This document shows, piece by piece, positions 27,596 through 38,283 of a DNA stretch of 64,000 nucleotides. Made by a program: the position numbers and the translations under genes. Under the pieces are notes generated by a model. The model was given only the letters and a program-made list of their open reading frames with translations, was not told the DNA's origin and did not search any database. Origin of the DNA: Candidatus Eiseniibacteriota bacterium (lineage in GTDB: Bacteria; Eisenbacteria; RBG-16-71-46); assembly GCA_963725865.1 (NCBI GenBank), contig CAVSAC010000014.1, positions 960,001 through 1,024,000 on the forward strand, read 5' to 3'. Position 1 is the stretch's first letter. Each line of letters starts with the position of its first letter.

Positions 27596-28890
27596 TTCGT
27601 CCGCGCCCACTTCAGGACTTCGGGCAGCGTCGGACTCTTGCCGTACATGAGCAGCCCGATGCGGAAGATCCGCGCGGCGGCCGTGAGCACCAGCCACACG
27701 GAGAGCGCCAGCACTGCCAACGAGGCGGCCACCTGCCAGCCGGGCACCGCGCCGCCGGGGGCGGCGAGACGCATCACGGTGGTCGAGGCCGCCGTGAACG
27801 GGATGAACGACAGCACGGTCGCCACCGCGCCGTCGGGGTGCGCGAGGATCTTCATCATGACGATGAACGGCACGAAGTTCGCGAACGTGAATCCCCAGGC
27901 CACCTGCTGCGCTTCGCGCATGTTGCTGGTCATCGCGCCGATCGCGGTCATCAAGCTGGCGTAGAACAGGTACCCGAGCAGGAAGTACACGACCAGCTCC
28001 ACGATCAGCAGCGGCGGAAACTGGATGTGCGCGAGCGCGGCCGCCGGAGCCGAGAACGCGAGCCCGCTGCCGGCCCACGCGGCCACCAGCGTGAGACCCA
28101 CGCTGCCGAGGCCGAGCAGCTTGCCCACCAGCAGGTCCTCGGCGGTGACCGTGCAGATGAGCGATTCCAGGATCCGGGACTCCTTCTCCTCGCTCACGCC
28201 CTGCAGCAGATACTGGCCACCGGTCACGATCGAAACGCTCATGAGCATCCCGAACAGGAACGGCAGCAGGAATCCCATCAGCTCGCGCCGGTCATCCTTG
28301 AGCGTGAACTGGCCGTCCTTGCCCAGCTCGTACGTCACCAGCCCGCGGGAGGGGCGCGCGACGCGCTCGATCAGCGTGGTATCCGCGCGCCCGGCGAGCA
28401 GATTGCGCACCAGCCAGAGCGTGACGGGGCGCTCGCTCGCGGTCGAGAATCCGCCGCCGGAGCGCGCGTAGCGGCGCAGCTGGCCGGACGCGAGGTAGTC
28501 GGGCGGCACCACGAGCACCTGGTCGACCGTGTGCCCGCGCAGCGCCGCCTGCGCGGAGTCCTGCGACGCGAACATCCGCACCGCGGCGGTGAACACCTGG
28601 GGTGCCGCGGGCGCGGACTGGGTGTCGAACGGGTTCACCTCGGGGGCCCAGACGGTGCGGATGTCGCGCGAGGCGTCCGAGAACAGTCCTGAGGAGTCCA
28701 CCACCGCGAGCGTGTGCAGCTCCCGGATGGATTTCATCGCGTCGTCGATCTGCGGCTTGATCGAGATCCACATGACGAACGCGAAGTACGCGGGCATGCC
28801 GATGAGGGTGATGATGAACGCCTTCTTGCGGACCGACGTCAGGTACTCCCGCCGCGCGATGATCAGCGCGCGCCGCCACGAAAACCTCAT
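27592..28890 (-). CDS. ABC-2 type transporter permease (NatB-like)
   Basis: IARREY, VSEEKESRILE, LVGKLLG, ARIFRIGLLMYGK. Confidence 0.92.
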   Translation of the reverse strand: MRFSWRRALIIARREYLTSVRKKAFIITLIGMPAYFAFVMWISIKPQIDDAMKSIRELHTLAVVDSSGLFSDASRDIRTVWAPEVNPFDTQSAPAAPQVFTAAVRMFASQDSAQAALRGHTVDQVLVVPPDYLASGQLRRYARSGGGFSTASERPVTLWLVRNLLAGRADTTLIERVARPSRGLVTYELGKDGQFTLKDDRRELMGFLLPFLFGMLMSVSIVTGGQYLLQGVSEEKESRILESLICTVTAEDLLVGKLLGLGSVGLTLVAAWAGSGLAFSAPAAALAHIQFPPLLIVELVVYFLLGYLFYASLMTAIGAMTSNMREAQQVAWGFTFANFVPFIVMMKILAHPDGAVATVLSFIPFTAASTTVMRLAAPGGAVPGWQVAASLAVLALSVWLVLTAAARIFRIGLLMYGKSPTLPEVLKWARTK

Positions 28891-29840
28891 CGCGCACCTC
28901 CCTGCGGCGCCATGGCGTCCACCGTGGGCGGACCGCTCTGGCCATGGTCGAGTCCCAGCCCCTCGCGCACCACCTTCACGAAGATGTCCTCGAGCGGAAG
29001 GATCGCGTGCTCGAACGCCTCGAGGTCGACGCCGGCGTCGAGCAGGGCGCGCAACACCTCTCGCGGAGTGGCCTGCGGTTCGAGCGTGAGCTTGAAGGCG
29101 CCGTCGACCGCCGTCATTCGGCTCACTCCAGCAACCGGCGGCGGCGGGTGGGGAGCACGCACCACCACCGCGTGGTCGGCGTAGGTGCGCCGCAGCTCAC
29201 GCACCGGCCCGTAGAGCACCATGTGGCCGCGATTGATCATGAGCGCCCGATCGCACAATTCCTCGACCTTGTTCATCTGGTGCGTGGACAGCAGCACGGT
29301 GGTGCCGGCCGCGCGGCGCTCGTGGAGCACGTCCTCGAACAGCTGCACGTTGATCGGATCGAGTCCGCTGAAGGGCTCGTCGAGGATCAGCAGCCGCGGG
29401 TCCCCGATCAGCGCGGTGCAGAGCTGGACCTTCTGCTGCATGCCCTTCGACAGGACCTGCACCTGCTTGTCCGCCCACTCGCGCAGTTCGACCCGGCCGA
29501 GCAACTGCAGCGACGCCGCTCGCGCGTCGTGGCGGCTCATGCCCTTGAGCTCGCCGTAGTACGAGAGCGCCTCCGCAACGCTCACCTTGCGGTAGAGTCC
29601 GCGCTCCTCGGGCAGGTACGCGATGCGCTCGCGCGCGCCCGCGGAGACCGAGTGCCCGTCGAGCAGGATGGTGCCCGAGTCGGGGCGCAGGATGTCCGTG
29701 ATCATGCGGATCAGGGTGGTCTTGCCAGCGCCGTTGGGCCCCAGCAGGGCGAAGATCTCACCCGGATTCACGTCGAACGACACGCGGTTCACCACCGCAC
29801 GTTCGTCGTAGGACTTCGTGACGTCGCGGACTTCGAGCAT
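28887..29840 (-). CDS. ABC transporter ATP-binding protein (NatA-like)
   Basis: GPNGAGKTT, LSKGM, LILDEPFSGLDP, C-terminal LEDIF. Confidence 0.95.
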   Translation of the reverse strand: MLEVRDVTKSYDERAVVNRVSFDVNPGEIFALLGPNGAGKTTLIRMITDILRPDSGTILLDGHSVSAGARERIAYLPEERGLYRKVSVAEALSYYGELKGMSRHDARAASLQLLGRVELREWADKQVQVLSKGMQQKVQLCTALIGDPRLLILDEPFSGLDPINVQLFEDVLHERRAAGTTVLLSTHQMNKVEELCDRALMINRGHMVLYGPVRELRRTYADHAVVVRAPHPPPPVAGVSRMTAVDGAFKLTLEPQATPREVLRALLDAGVDLEAFEHAILPLEDIFVKVVREGLGLDHGQSGPPTVDAMAPQGGAR

Positions 29841-30107
29841 GGGATCCTCGTGGGGGCGGTCCGAGCGGGCGACGGCCTGGTGCGCTCGCGCGGCGGAGGG
29901 CGCAGACTAGAAGAAGCTCCACTGGGGCTCAAGGTGCTGATGGACGAACGGGCATGCCGCTCCACGAGCGCGCCACCCGGGGCCTGGACGCCCCCGCGTG
30001 GCAGAGGGCTGACCACCCTTCTGCTGCCAGCGGGCAGAAATCGCGCGCGGGGCAGCAGGATGCACGCCGGCGGGGGCGCCAAGTGGTTGAAATCCCACGT
30101 GCATCCA

Positions 30108-30122
30108 TGGCCCCGTTATTGC
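30108..30122 (+). promoter_or_regulatory. Sigma54 -24/-12 promoter
   Basis: TGGCCCCGTTATTGC (GG-N10-GC). Confidence 0.6.
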
Positions 30123-30203
30123 AAAACACAGTGCGGCTCGAAGTGCGCCGCGGCGCCCGCCCGGGCGACGCCCGCGCACGATGCTCCGGAGGTAGCTCTC
30201 GCG

Positions 30204-31466
30204 ATGGACTCCTTCACCCGTCGGATGGTCGCTCTCGGCCTCGCCGCCCCGCTGGCGCTCGCGGTGCTCGCCGGCTGCGGTAAGAACACTATCGTCACGC
30301 CCGTCCCGGCGACCCCGCTGAGCAGCGTCGTGATCACCCCGGACGACACCACGCTCACGGTCGGCCAGATCGCCTCGTTCTCGGCGGTCACGGCCGACAC
30401 CGACAGCGTGGTGGTGACGGGCGTGTCGCTCACGTGGACCAGTACGAACGCGGGGGTGTTCACGGTGACGTCGGCCGGCGTGGTGACCGCGCGGGGCGAG
30501 GGCTCCGCCGAACTCATCGCCGCCGGCGGCGGTCAGGCCGACACCTCGACGGTGCACGTGCAACCGCCGGCGCGTGGCTGGTTCGCCCAGTCGAGCGGCC
30601 TGACGACCAAGCTCAACGGCGTGTACTTCCGCCCCGACGGCCGGCACGGCTGGGCGGTGGGCGATGCCGGCCGCATCCTCACCACGGCGGATGCCGGCGT
30701 GACGTGGAGTTCGCAGACCAGCAACACGGGCGTGGTGCTGAACGACGTGGTGTTCACGACCGACCTCGAGGGCTGGGCGGTCGGCGTCGGCGCCACGGTC
30801 CGTCACACCACCGATGGCGGCGCGAACTGGGGCACGGTGATCCCGGGCGCGACCGAGAACCTGCACGGCGTGTGGTTCGCGACCCGCGACACGGGCTGGG
30901 CGGTCGGCAACCTCGGCGCGGTGGTGCGGACGTTCGATCGCGGCGCGACCTGGAGCAAGCAGAACCTTCCCACCGCGGGGGGCGCGCTGAACGACGTCTC
31001 GTTCATCGGCACCCGGTTCGGCTGGGCGGTCGGCGACAACGGCTTCATCTTCGCCACCACGGACCGTGGCATCAGCTGGACCGCGGTGACCCCGGCGATC
31101 ACCGCCGCCAACCTGAAGAGCGTGTGGCGCCAGAGCTTCCTGCGTGCGAACGCGGTCGGCGCCACCGGTGCCGCGCCGCGCTGCGCGGACGATGGGGTCG
31201 GCAATCCCGAGTGGACGCTGGTGAACCCCGGCGCCCTGTTCCAGATCGAGGGCGTGTGCTTCGCGACCGACCTGATCGGCTGGTGCGTGGGCCTCAACGG
31301 CACCGGGTTCGTGCTGCGGAGCGGCGACGGCGGCCAGTCGTGGGCGCCGCAGACGGCGACCGCCTCGAGCAGCCTCAACGCCGTGTACTTCATCGACAGC
31401 GAGCATGGCTGGGCGGTGGGCAACGGCGGCGTGATCCTCCACACCGCGACGGGCGGCCAGCCCTAG
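30204..31466 (+). CDS. Lipoprotein with Ig-like (Big_2) domain and YCF48/BNR beta-propeller
   Basis: Lipobox LAG-C; 'WTSTNAGVFTV' Ig; repeated 'GWAVG..G.I..T.DGG..W'. Confidence 0.85.
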   Translation: MDSFTRRMVALGLAAPLALAVLAGCGKNTIVTPVPATPLSSVVITPDDTTLTVGQIASFSAVTADTDSVVVTGVSLTWTSTNAGVFTVTSAGVVTARGEGSAELIAAGGGQADTSTVHVQPPARGWFAQSSGLTTKLNGVYFRPDGRHGWAVGDAGRILTTADAGVTWSSQTSNTGVVLNDVVFTTDLEGWAVGVGATVRHTTDGGANWGTVIPGATENLHGVWFATRDTGWAVGNLGAVVRTFDRGATWSKQNLPTAGGALNDVSFIGTRFGWAVGDNGFIFATTDRGISWTAVTPAITAANLKSVWRQSFLRANAVGATGAAPRCADDGVGNPEWTLVNPGALFQIEGVCFATDLIGWCVGLNGTGFVLRSGDGGQSWAPQTATASSSLNAVYFIDSEHGWAVGNGGVILHTATGGQP

Positions 31467-31618
31467 GCGGCCGCGCCCGCGCGGCGCACTTCCGCGGCCC
31501 GGTGCGGCCGGCGACGCGTCCTCGGGGACGCGTGCGACCGGCTCCGCCGGGCCGCCGCGCGTGGGGCCGACCGACGAGCGCGCATGCTACAGTGGCGCGT
31601 CCCCGTCCGGAGGTCCGC

Positions 31619-32131
31619 TTGGCGCAGCACCTCATCGTCGTCGATGGCTACAACCTCATCCTGCGCACCGCCGCGCTGAAGCCGGAGCCCGGCCGCACCC
31701 TGCGCGACTCGCGCCAGAAGCTGCTGAACCTGCTCGCGTGGGCGGTCGGCACCGGGGACGCGCAATTCCTGGTGGTGTTCGACGGCGCCGAGGGTGGCGG
31801 ACACGAGGGCCCCGAGGGTCGCGTCGAGGTGCGCTTCTCGCGGCCGCCCGAGAAGGCGGACGACCTGATCCGGCGCATCGTCGAGGAGCGGGTCGAGAAG
31901 GTGGAGCGCCTGACGGTGGTGACCGCCGACCTCGAGGTCGCCCGCCACGCGCGCGCCATGGGCGCCGACGTGGCGCTCGCAGACCTGTTCCTCGCGAGCG
32001 CGTTGGGCCCGCGGGCGGGCGAGGATCCCGAGAAGCCGACCTCGCTGTCCAAGCAGGAGCTGGCGGAGTGGGCCCAGATCTTCCGCGCCCCCCGCCCGGG
32101 CGACGCCGATCCGGACGACGACGCGCGCTGA
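31619..32131 (+). CDS. NYN-domain RNase (YacP-like)
   Basis: IVVDGYNL, VVFDG, EKADDLI, VVTAD; TTG start after GGAGG. Confidence 0.85.
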   Translation: MAQHLIVVDGYNLILRTAALKPEPGRTLRDSRQKLLNLLAWAVGTGDAQFLVVFDGAEGGGHEGPEGRVEVRFSRPPEKADDLIRRIVEERVEKVERLTVVTADLEVARHARAMGADVALADLFLASALGPRAGEDPEKPTSLSKQELAEWAQIFRAPRPGDADPDDDAR

Positions 32132-32201
32132 GCACGCGGTGCGCAAGCGAACGGGCGGCCCGCCGCGTCGCGGGCCGCCCGTCTCCGTCAGCGGCGGTGG
32201 A

Positions 32202-33164
32202 TCACGGCAGGTACTCGGCCAGCATCGTCGGCCGCACGACGTAGGGCAGGACCCACGCCTGAGAGTCGTACGGAACGGCGTCGTCGAACAGCGTGCCGCG
32301 TGACAGCGCGTTCACGCCGACGTGTCCCAGCCCGGCGATGAAGGGCGCGCGCCAGACTCCGGTGTAGGTCCGATCGCCGTTGTTGTGGAAGCGGAACTTG
32401 AGCCCGTGCCACATCAGCACCACCACGTCATCGGTGGCGTCGGTGGTCACCGTGAGCGTGACCGGCTCGCCGGCGTCGACCCGCACCACGCCGCGCAGCC
32501 GGAACAGCCCGAGCGGATCGGTGACCGTGGTGTCGAGCGCCGCGGCCTGCACGCGCAGGCTGCGAACGCGCGTGTTCCCGTAAGCCGGCGCGCGGTTGGG
32601 CGAGGCGGGGGCGAACGAGGTGACCTGCACGCCCGAGATCGCCGCGACGCGCCATGCCCAGCGCCCCGAGTTCCCGAGCTGCACGCGCTTCAGCAGCAGA
32701 TGGCGTTCCGCGTGGTCGGCGAGCCGCTTGCGCATGACGTTCACGGAATCGGTGTCGGGCACCGCGGCCGGATCGATGTTGGTGGTGGCGAGGATGTCGA
32801 ACTGGCCGCGCAGGTACCGATGGGCGGTGACGTGCGCGGTGGTGGGCCGGCCGGTCGAATCGGTGTCGCCGAACGCGAACACGAACCGCGAATCGACGCT
32901 GTCGATCACCCGCCAGAAGCGCAGCGGGCGGATCGCGGCGAGTCCCGTTCCGGCGCCGTCGATCGTGGTCGGATCGCTGTCGCCCACGACGGCGTCGTCG
33001 ACCAACTCGGGAGCGCTCGCGAGCGCCGCCGAAACCTCCGCTTCGTCGAGGCTGCTCGAGTTGCCGCTCGAGAGCGGGCTGGTGAGACGAGACTGGTTTC
33101 CGCAACCGGTCAGCGCGCCGGCCACGAGCACGAGCGCGAGGCCGAGGGTGAGCGAGGCTCTCAT
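32202..33164 (-). CDS. Lipoprotein of unknown function
   Basis: Lipobox LTG-C; GC3-biased frame. Confidence 0.75.
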   Translation of the reverse strand: MRASLTLGLALVLVAGALTGCGNQSRLTSPLSSGNSSSLDEAEVSAALASAPELVDDAVVGDSDPTTIDGAGTGLAAIRPLRFWRVIDSVDSRFVFAFGDTDSTGRPTTAHVTAHRYLRGQFDILATTNIDPAAVPDTDSVNVMRKRLADHAERHLLLKRVQLGNSGRWAWRVAAISGVQVTSFAPASPNRAPAYGNTRVRSLRVQAAALDTTVTDPLGLFRLRGVVRVDAGEPVTLTVTTDATDDVVVLMWHGLKFRFHNNGDRTYTGVWRAPFIAGLGHVGVNALSRGTLFDDAVPYDSQAWVLPYVVRPTMLAEYLP

Positions 33165-33240
33165 GAAGATTCCTCCGGCGCCCAGCCTTCGAGGCGGGCG
33201 ATCGACAGGGTGGATCGGGCCTGGGTGCTTGTCCCACCTC

Positions 33241-33255
33241 GCAGCGCTCGTGCCA
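33241..33255 (-). promoter_or_regulatory. Sigma54 -24/-12 promoter
   Basis: TGGCACGAGCGCTGC on the minus strand. Confidence 0.65.
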
Positions 33256-33470
33256 TGTCGGCCGCGGGCCAAAGGCCTTGCGGCCCAACGGGCGGCTGAC
33301 AGGCGCCCGGAGCATGGTGTACGCGAGGGGGCACCCGCTGCGGACGAAGCGCACGCGCAGGGTCACGCCCGCCCGCGGGCGGCCCGGCGTCGGGAGCAGC
33401 ACGCCCCCCCGAATGCGCGCCGGGCGCGCCCCGGTGGGGGCGCGCCCGGTGGAGGATCTCCGCCGCGCGA

Positions 33471-34247
33471 TCAGCGCCGGATGGTCGCGGTCTTGCTGAC
33501 CGTGAACGTCATCTCGGTGCCTTCCTTGACCGTCACCTGGTAGCCCTTGCTCTTGGCCACGGCGCCGGTGGCGGCCGCGCCGCCGATGAGCCCGCCGATC
33601 AGCGCGCCCTTGTTGCTCCCGCCGATCGCCTTGCCGAGGATGGCGCCGGCCGCGGCGCCGCCGGCCACCGCCCCGACGTTGCGCGCGCGGGTGCTACCGG
33701 CCACGATGCTGTCCGCGCCCGCGGTCACCGCGAACGTCTTGCCGTCGATCTCGATCGAGCTCACGCCCAGCATGAGGTAGGCGCGGCCGCCCCGCTCCGC
33801 AGGCTCCGCGGCCCGCACCACGCCGTTCACGCGCGCGCCCGCCGGGATCGGCACGCCGCTGCCGACCACCACCGGGTCCTTGATGGTGCCGGTCCAGCTG
33901 TCACCGGCTTTTGCGGTCTCCGAGGTGATCGCGCTCTCCACCGTGATCTTGAGCGCGGTCCCGGAGGGCACCGACATCCCAGGCGACTCCGCCGGCGCCG
34001 GGCTCGGCTTGGGCTTCGGCTTGGAGGTGGCGGGCTTCGGGGTCGACGCGGGCGTCGGCTGCGGCGCGGGGGCCGGCTGGTACTGCTCCTCCGGCGTCAC
34101 GCTTCCCTGTGGCGGCTCGACCGGGCTCTGTGCGAGCAGACTGTCGCTCGCGGTGGTGGCGGCCTGCTGGGCCTTCTGGCCGCAGCCGGCGAGAATCGCG
34201 ATGGCGGCGAGCGCGGCGAGGGGAAGAAGTAGGGCTCGGGCTCTCAT
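33471..34247 (-). CDS. Lipoprotein with Pro-rich linker, TrbI/VirB10-like beta domain and glycine zipper
   Basis: LAG-C lipobox; VPSGT...IPAGARV; GGAAAGAILG...GALIGGLIGG. Confidence 0.75.
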   Translation of the reverse strand: MRARALLLPLAALAAIAILAGCGQKAQQAATTASDSLLAQSPVEPPQGSVTPEEQYQPAPAPQPTPASTPKPATSKPKPKPSPAPAESPGMSVPSGTALKITVESAITSETAKAGDSWTGTIKDPVVVGSGVPIPAGARVNGVVRAAEPAERGGRAYLMLGVSSIEIDGKTFAVTAGADSIVAGSTRARNVGAVAGGAAAGAILGKAIGGSNKGALIGGLIGGAAATGAVAKSKGYQVTVKEGTEMTFTVSKTATIRR

Positions 34248-34478
34248 GTCGTGCACTCCTCACGTTCGACCGGCGCATGGCCGGGGTTCCTTGGTCACAT
34301 CCGAGCGCGCGTCCGTGCGCTGGGCGGGGAAGCGGAAATGCGGCGGGAGTCTGCCGCCGGCGCGGCCGAATGGCAAGGCCGCTCCGGGAATCCCAAGGCG
34401 GCGAGCGCATTGGACCGTCGCTTCCGCTACCCTGTCGGGTCCAACCGGGATGGCGACTGCCCACGGAGGGAACGACCG

Positions 34479-35990
34479 ATGGAGATCACGATCCGCCGCG
34501 GCGACCTCGCGGCCCGCGCCGCTGGCGCGGTGGCGCTCGGCATCTTGGAGGACGCCGGCGCGCTCGCAGGCGCAGCGGCGGCAGTCGACCGCGGCGGCGG
34601 CGGCGCACTGCGCGCGCTGCTCGCGAGCCGCGACTTCCGCGGGCGTTTCCTCGACACCGCGGTCGTCCACCCGAGCCGCGGGCGGATTCCGCGCGTGGTG
34701 CTGGTCGGGCTGGGACGCGCCGCCGCGCTGGATCCGCACCGCGTGCGCCAGGCCGCGGCGCTGATGGCGCGGCGCGCGCGCGAACTCGGGGCTCGCACGC
34801 TCGCCACGGTCGTGCACGGTGTCGGGCCGGGCGGGCTCGAGCCCGGGCTCGCCGCTCAGGCGGTGGCCGAAGGGCTGGTGCTCGGCCACCACCGGCACAC
34901 CGCGTATCGCAGCGATCCGCCCGCGCCGCTGCGCCGCATCGACGTGCTGGTCCCCGACGCCGCCGCGCTGCGCACCCAGCGGCCGGCGTTCGAGCGCGGG
35001 CTCGCGTTCGCCGAAGCCACGTGCCTGGCCCGCGACCTCGCGTCCACGCCGGGTCAGGACCTGGTGCCGGAACGGCTGGCGGCGCGCGCCCGGGAGATCG
35101 CGCGGCTCGCCGGCGCGCGCTGCACGGTGCTCGAGCCGGCGCAGATGGAGCGCCTCGGCATGGGCTGCGTGCTCGCTGTGGGCCGCGGCAGCGCGCACCC
35201 GCCGCGCTTCGTGGTGCTGGAGTACGCGCCGCGCGGCACCCGCACGCGTGGCGGAGGCGTGGTGCTGATCGGCAAGGGCATCACGTTCGACACCGGCGGC
35301 ATCTCGCTCAAGCCGCGCGAGGGCATGCAGAAGATGAAGTACGACATGTCCGGCGCCGCCGCGGTGCTGGGCGTGTTCAGCGCGCTGCCGGTGCTCGCGC
35401 CCCCGTTCCGCGTCGTGGGGCTGATCCCGACCGCCGAGAACATGCCGGGCGGCGGCGCGTTCAAGCCCGGCGACGTGCTGCGCGCGCTCGACGGCACCAC
35501 GATCGAGGTCACCAACACCGATGCCGAGGGGCGTCTGGTGCTGGCGGACGCGCTGGGGTACGCGCGCCGATTCCGCCCGGCGGCGGTGGTGGACCTCGCC
35601 ACGCTCACCGGCGCCATCCGGGTGGCCCTCGGTGGCTACGCGGCGGGGCTGTTCACCGCCGACGACGCGCTCGCCGCCACGCTGGAAGCCGCGGGCCGCC
35701 GCAGCGGCGAGCGGGTCTGGCGCATGCCGCTGTGGGACGGCTACGCGAGCGAGCTCAAGAGCGACACCGCCGACCTCGTGAACTCGGGCGGCGCCGACGG
35801 CGGCGCCGGGATCGCGGCCGAGTTCCTGCGCCACTTCGCCCGCCGGATGCGGTGGGCGCACCTCGACATCGCGAGCACGGCGTGGGCCCCGGCCGATCGC
35901 GCGCACGAGCTGCGCGGGCCGACGGGCTTCGGAGCGCGGCTGCTGTTGGAGTGGCTCAGCGCGGGCGCGGGCGCGGCGCGCGCGGTTTGA
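34479..35990 (+). CDS. pepA: Leucyl aminopeptidase (M17)
   Basis: GKGITFDTGG, MKYDM, NTDAEGRL, WAHLDIA. Confidence 0.95.
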   Translation: MEITIRRGDLAARAAGAVALGILEDAGALAGAAAAVDRGGGGALRALLASRDFRGRFLDTAVVHPSRGRIPRVVLVGLGRAAALDPHRVRQAAALMARRARELGARTLATVVHGVGPGGLEPGLAAQAVAEGLVLGHHRHTAYRSDPPAPLRRIDVLVPDAAALRTQRPAFERGLAFAEATCLARDLASTPGQDLVPERLAARAREIARLAGARCTVLEPAQMERLGMGCVLAVGRGSAHPPRFVVLEYAPRGTRTRGGGVVLIGKGITFDTGGISLKPREGMQKMKYDMSGAAAVLGVFSALPVLAPPFRVVGLIPTAENMPGGGAFKPGDVLRALDGTTIEVTNTDAEGRLVLADALGYARRFRPAAVVDLATLTGAIRVALGGYAAGLFTADDALAATLEAAGRRSGERVWRMPLWDGYASELKSDTADLVNSGGADGGAGIAAEFLRHFARRMRWAHLDIASTAWAPADRAHELRGPTGFGARLLLEWLSAGAGAARAV

Positions 35991-36711
35991 CCGCCGGCGC
36001 GGTGCGGTCGACGCTCACCTGCATCTCGGGCTGGGTGAGGCGCAGTAGTCGGCCGTCGGGCGCCGCCCAGGCCTGGTAGCGGATGGTCCCGTCGGTGAAC
36101 TCCAGGTGCCGCGCCTGCAGCGGCCGCCCGCCCCAGCGCAGGGTGTCGAGACCGCGATCGACCACCCGGGCCTCGATCACGGTGTCCTGCCGGCCGAGCG
36201 CGACGAGGTTGAGCGGTCGCGACGCGAACGAACTGCCCGCCAGCGAATGGCACATGATGTCGAACAGCACGAACATCCCGCCGTCCAGGACGAACAACCG
36301 CCCGGGCGGCAGCGGCAGGATGACGGCCTCGCCGCGCTGGTCGTACTCCTGGAACGACGAGATCGTGCTGTCGCGCACGACCAGTGAGCGCGTCAGCCGG
36401 TGTCCGCGTGCGTCGTGGACCGACTGGTAGCGGCGGAACGAGAGGCTCGCGGCGTCGACGCTCATCGTGAGCCGCTTGTGGATCGTGTCCGAGCCGGCGT
36501 CGGAGTGCATCGTTTGATACATCTCCGAATTCACGATCAGGCTGTCGCCGTCCGCCTCGTACCGGAACACCTCGGTCCCGAGGAGGCGGCCGCCGACCGC
36601 GAACGTGAGCGTGCCTCCGGGCGGATCGGAAGCGGCGGAACCGACGGGGGAGCCGAGCACCAGCGCGGCCGACAGCGTGACGAGGAGCACCGCTCGAAGG
36701 AGGTTCTTCAT
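35956..36711 (-). CDS. Secreted beta-rich hypothetical protein
   Basis: Signal peptide MKNLLRAVLL...; 'GTEVF' and 'GRLLRL' beta pattern. Confidence 0.65.
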   Translation of the reverse strand: MKNLLRAVLLVTLSAALVLGSPVGSAASDPPGGTLTFAVGGRLLGTEVFRYEADGDSLIVNSEMYQTMHSDAGSDTIHKRLTMSVDAASLSFRRYQSVHDARGHRLTRSLVVRDSTISSFQEYDQRGEAVILPLPPGRLFVLDGGMFVLFDIMCHSLAGSSFASRPLNLVALGRQDTVIEARVVDRGLDTLRWGGRPLQARHLEFTDGTIRYQAWAAPDGRLLRLTQPEMQVSVDRTAPAVKPRAPRPRPR

Positions 36712-36770
36712 GGCGCATGAGCCTATCACACGGGCGCCGTGGGCCGGTGCGTGTGCGGCCCGCGCGGCGC

Positions 36771-38147
36771 TCAGTCCGCCCGCCGCTCCAGGCGGGAGAC
36801 GCATTCGATGTGAGGCGTGTGCGGGAACATGTCGAAGGGCCGCGTCTCGGCGAGCGCGTAGCCCTGCGCGACGAAGTTCTTCACGTCGCGCGCCAGCGTG
36901 GCGGGGTTGCACGAGACGTACACGATGCGCCGGGGCATCAGCTCGGTGACGCGCGTGACCACGCGCGGGTGGAGCCCCGCGCGCGGCGGGTCCACCACCA
37001 CGACCGCGGCTGCCGGGCGGCCGTCGCGCTCGCGGCGCGCCCACTCGCGCAGCACGCGGCGGGCCTCGCCCTCGACGAAGCGCGCGTTCGCGATCCCGTT
37101 GCGCGCGGCATTGCGGCGCGCGAGCGCGACCGCGTCCGCCACGCTCTCGACCCCCACCACCTCGCGGCTGGCGCGCGCGAACAGCAGCGTGAGCGTGCCG
37201 GTGCCGCAGTAGAGGTCGAGCACCACGTCCCGCGACACGTCGCCGGCGGCCTCGAGCGCGGCCGCGTAGAGCCGCTCCGCCTGCAGGCTGTTGGTCTGCA
37301 GGAACGCGTTCGGGGTGGCCGAGAACTCGAGCCCGAGCAGCCGCTCGACGATCGCCTCGCGCCCCGCGAGCACGCGAGTCTCCTCGTTGAACGCCACGCC
37401 GGCGCGCTGGCGGTTGAGTCCGAGCGTGACGCTCACGACCTCGGGCCCCAGCGCCGTGAGGGCGCCCGCCCACTCCGCGAGTCCCGGCAATTCGTCCGAG
37501 GTCGCGACCAGGTTCACGGCGCACTCGTGGGTGAGCGGCAGGTGCCGCACCACCAGGTGACGCGCCACCCCATCGTGGCGCCGCGGATGCCACGCGCGCC
37601 AGCGCCGCTCGCGCGCGAAGCGCTGGGTCAGGTGCACGATCTCGACCGTCAGCGGACTCGGCAGCAGGCAGGTCTCGAGCGCGAACAGGCGGTCGAACGA
37701 GCCGCGTTCGTGGAGTCCCACGGTCGGCGCGCCATCGGCGGCGGGGAAGATCGCGAACTCCATCTTGTTCCGGTAGTGGAACGCCGCGGGCGCCGGCTCG
37801 ATCGCGCGCACGACCGGATCCGCCACGCCGCCGAGATGCGCGAGCGTCTCGCGCACCTGCCGCTCCTTCAGGCGCAGCTGCTCGTCGTAGGCGAGATCCT
37901 GGAAGCGGCAGCCGCCGCAGTGGGCCACGTGCGGGCAGGCGGCCGCGACCCGCAGGGGCGAGGACTCGAGCACGCGCTCGAGACGCGCCTCGGCCCAACT
38001 GCGCTTCACGCGCGTGATGCGTGCCTCGAGGCGGTCGCCGGGCAGCCCGCGGTCCACGAAAACCGCGCGCCCATCCAGCCGGGCGAGCGCCTTTCCGCCC
38101 AGCGCGATGTCCTCCACGAGGAGGTTTGACAGCTCGTTGACCTTCAT
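36771..38147 (-). CDS. rlmD: 23S rRNA m5U1939 methyltransferase
   Basis: TRAM domain, CPHVAHCGGC, YRNKMEF, DLYCGTG, DPPRAGL, YVSCNP, DMFPHTPHIE. Confidence 0.95.
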   Translation of the reverse strand: MKVNELSNLLVEDIALGGKALARLDGRAVFVDRGLPGDRLEARITRVKRSWAEARLERVLESSPLRVAAACPHVAHCGGCRFQDLAYDEQLRLKERQVRETLAHLGGVADPVVRAIEPAPAAFHYRNKMEFAIFPAADGAPTVGLHERGSFDRLFALETCLLPSPLTVEIVHLTQRFARERRWRAWHPRRHDGVARHLVVRHLPLTHECAVNLVATSDELPGLAEWAGALTALGPEVVSVTLGLNRQRAGVAFNEETRVLAGREAIVERLLGLEFSATPNAFLQTNSLQAERLYAAALEAAGDVSRDVVLDLYCGTGTLTLLFARASREVVGVESVADAVALARRNAARNGIANARFVEGEARRVLREWARRERDGRPAAAVVVVDPPRAGLHPRVVTRVTELMPRRIVYVSCNPATLARDVKNFVAQGYALAETRPFDMFPHTPHIECVSRLERRAD

Positions 38148-38197
38148 CGGGAGTCCGGAGTGTCTAACGGTCGGAAGTCCAAGGTGGGCGACTTTCA

Positions 38198-38223
38198 GGA
38201 ACCGGGTCGCGCAGCGAGTGGTT
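38198..38223 (+). promoter_or_regulatory. ECF (SigR/SigH-like) promoter
   Basis: GGAAC-N18-GTT. Confidence 0.35.
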
Positions 38224-38283
38224 GTTCCCCGTGCGACCCTGACCGCGGCAGTCCGGACGGACGCTAGCACAGGGGGAGAGACG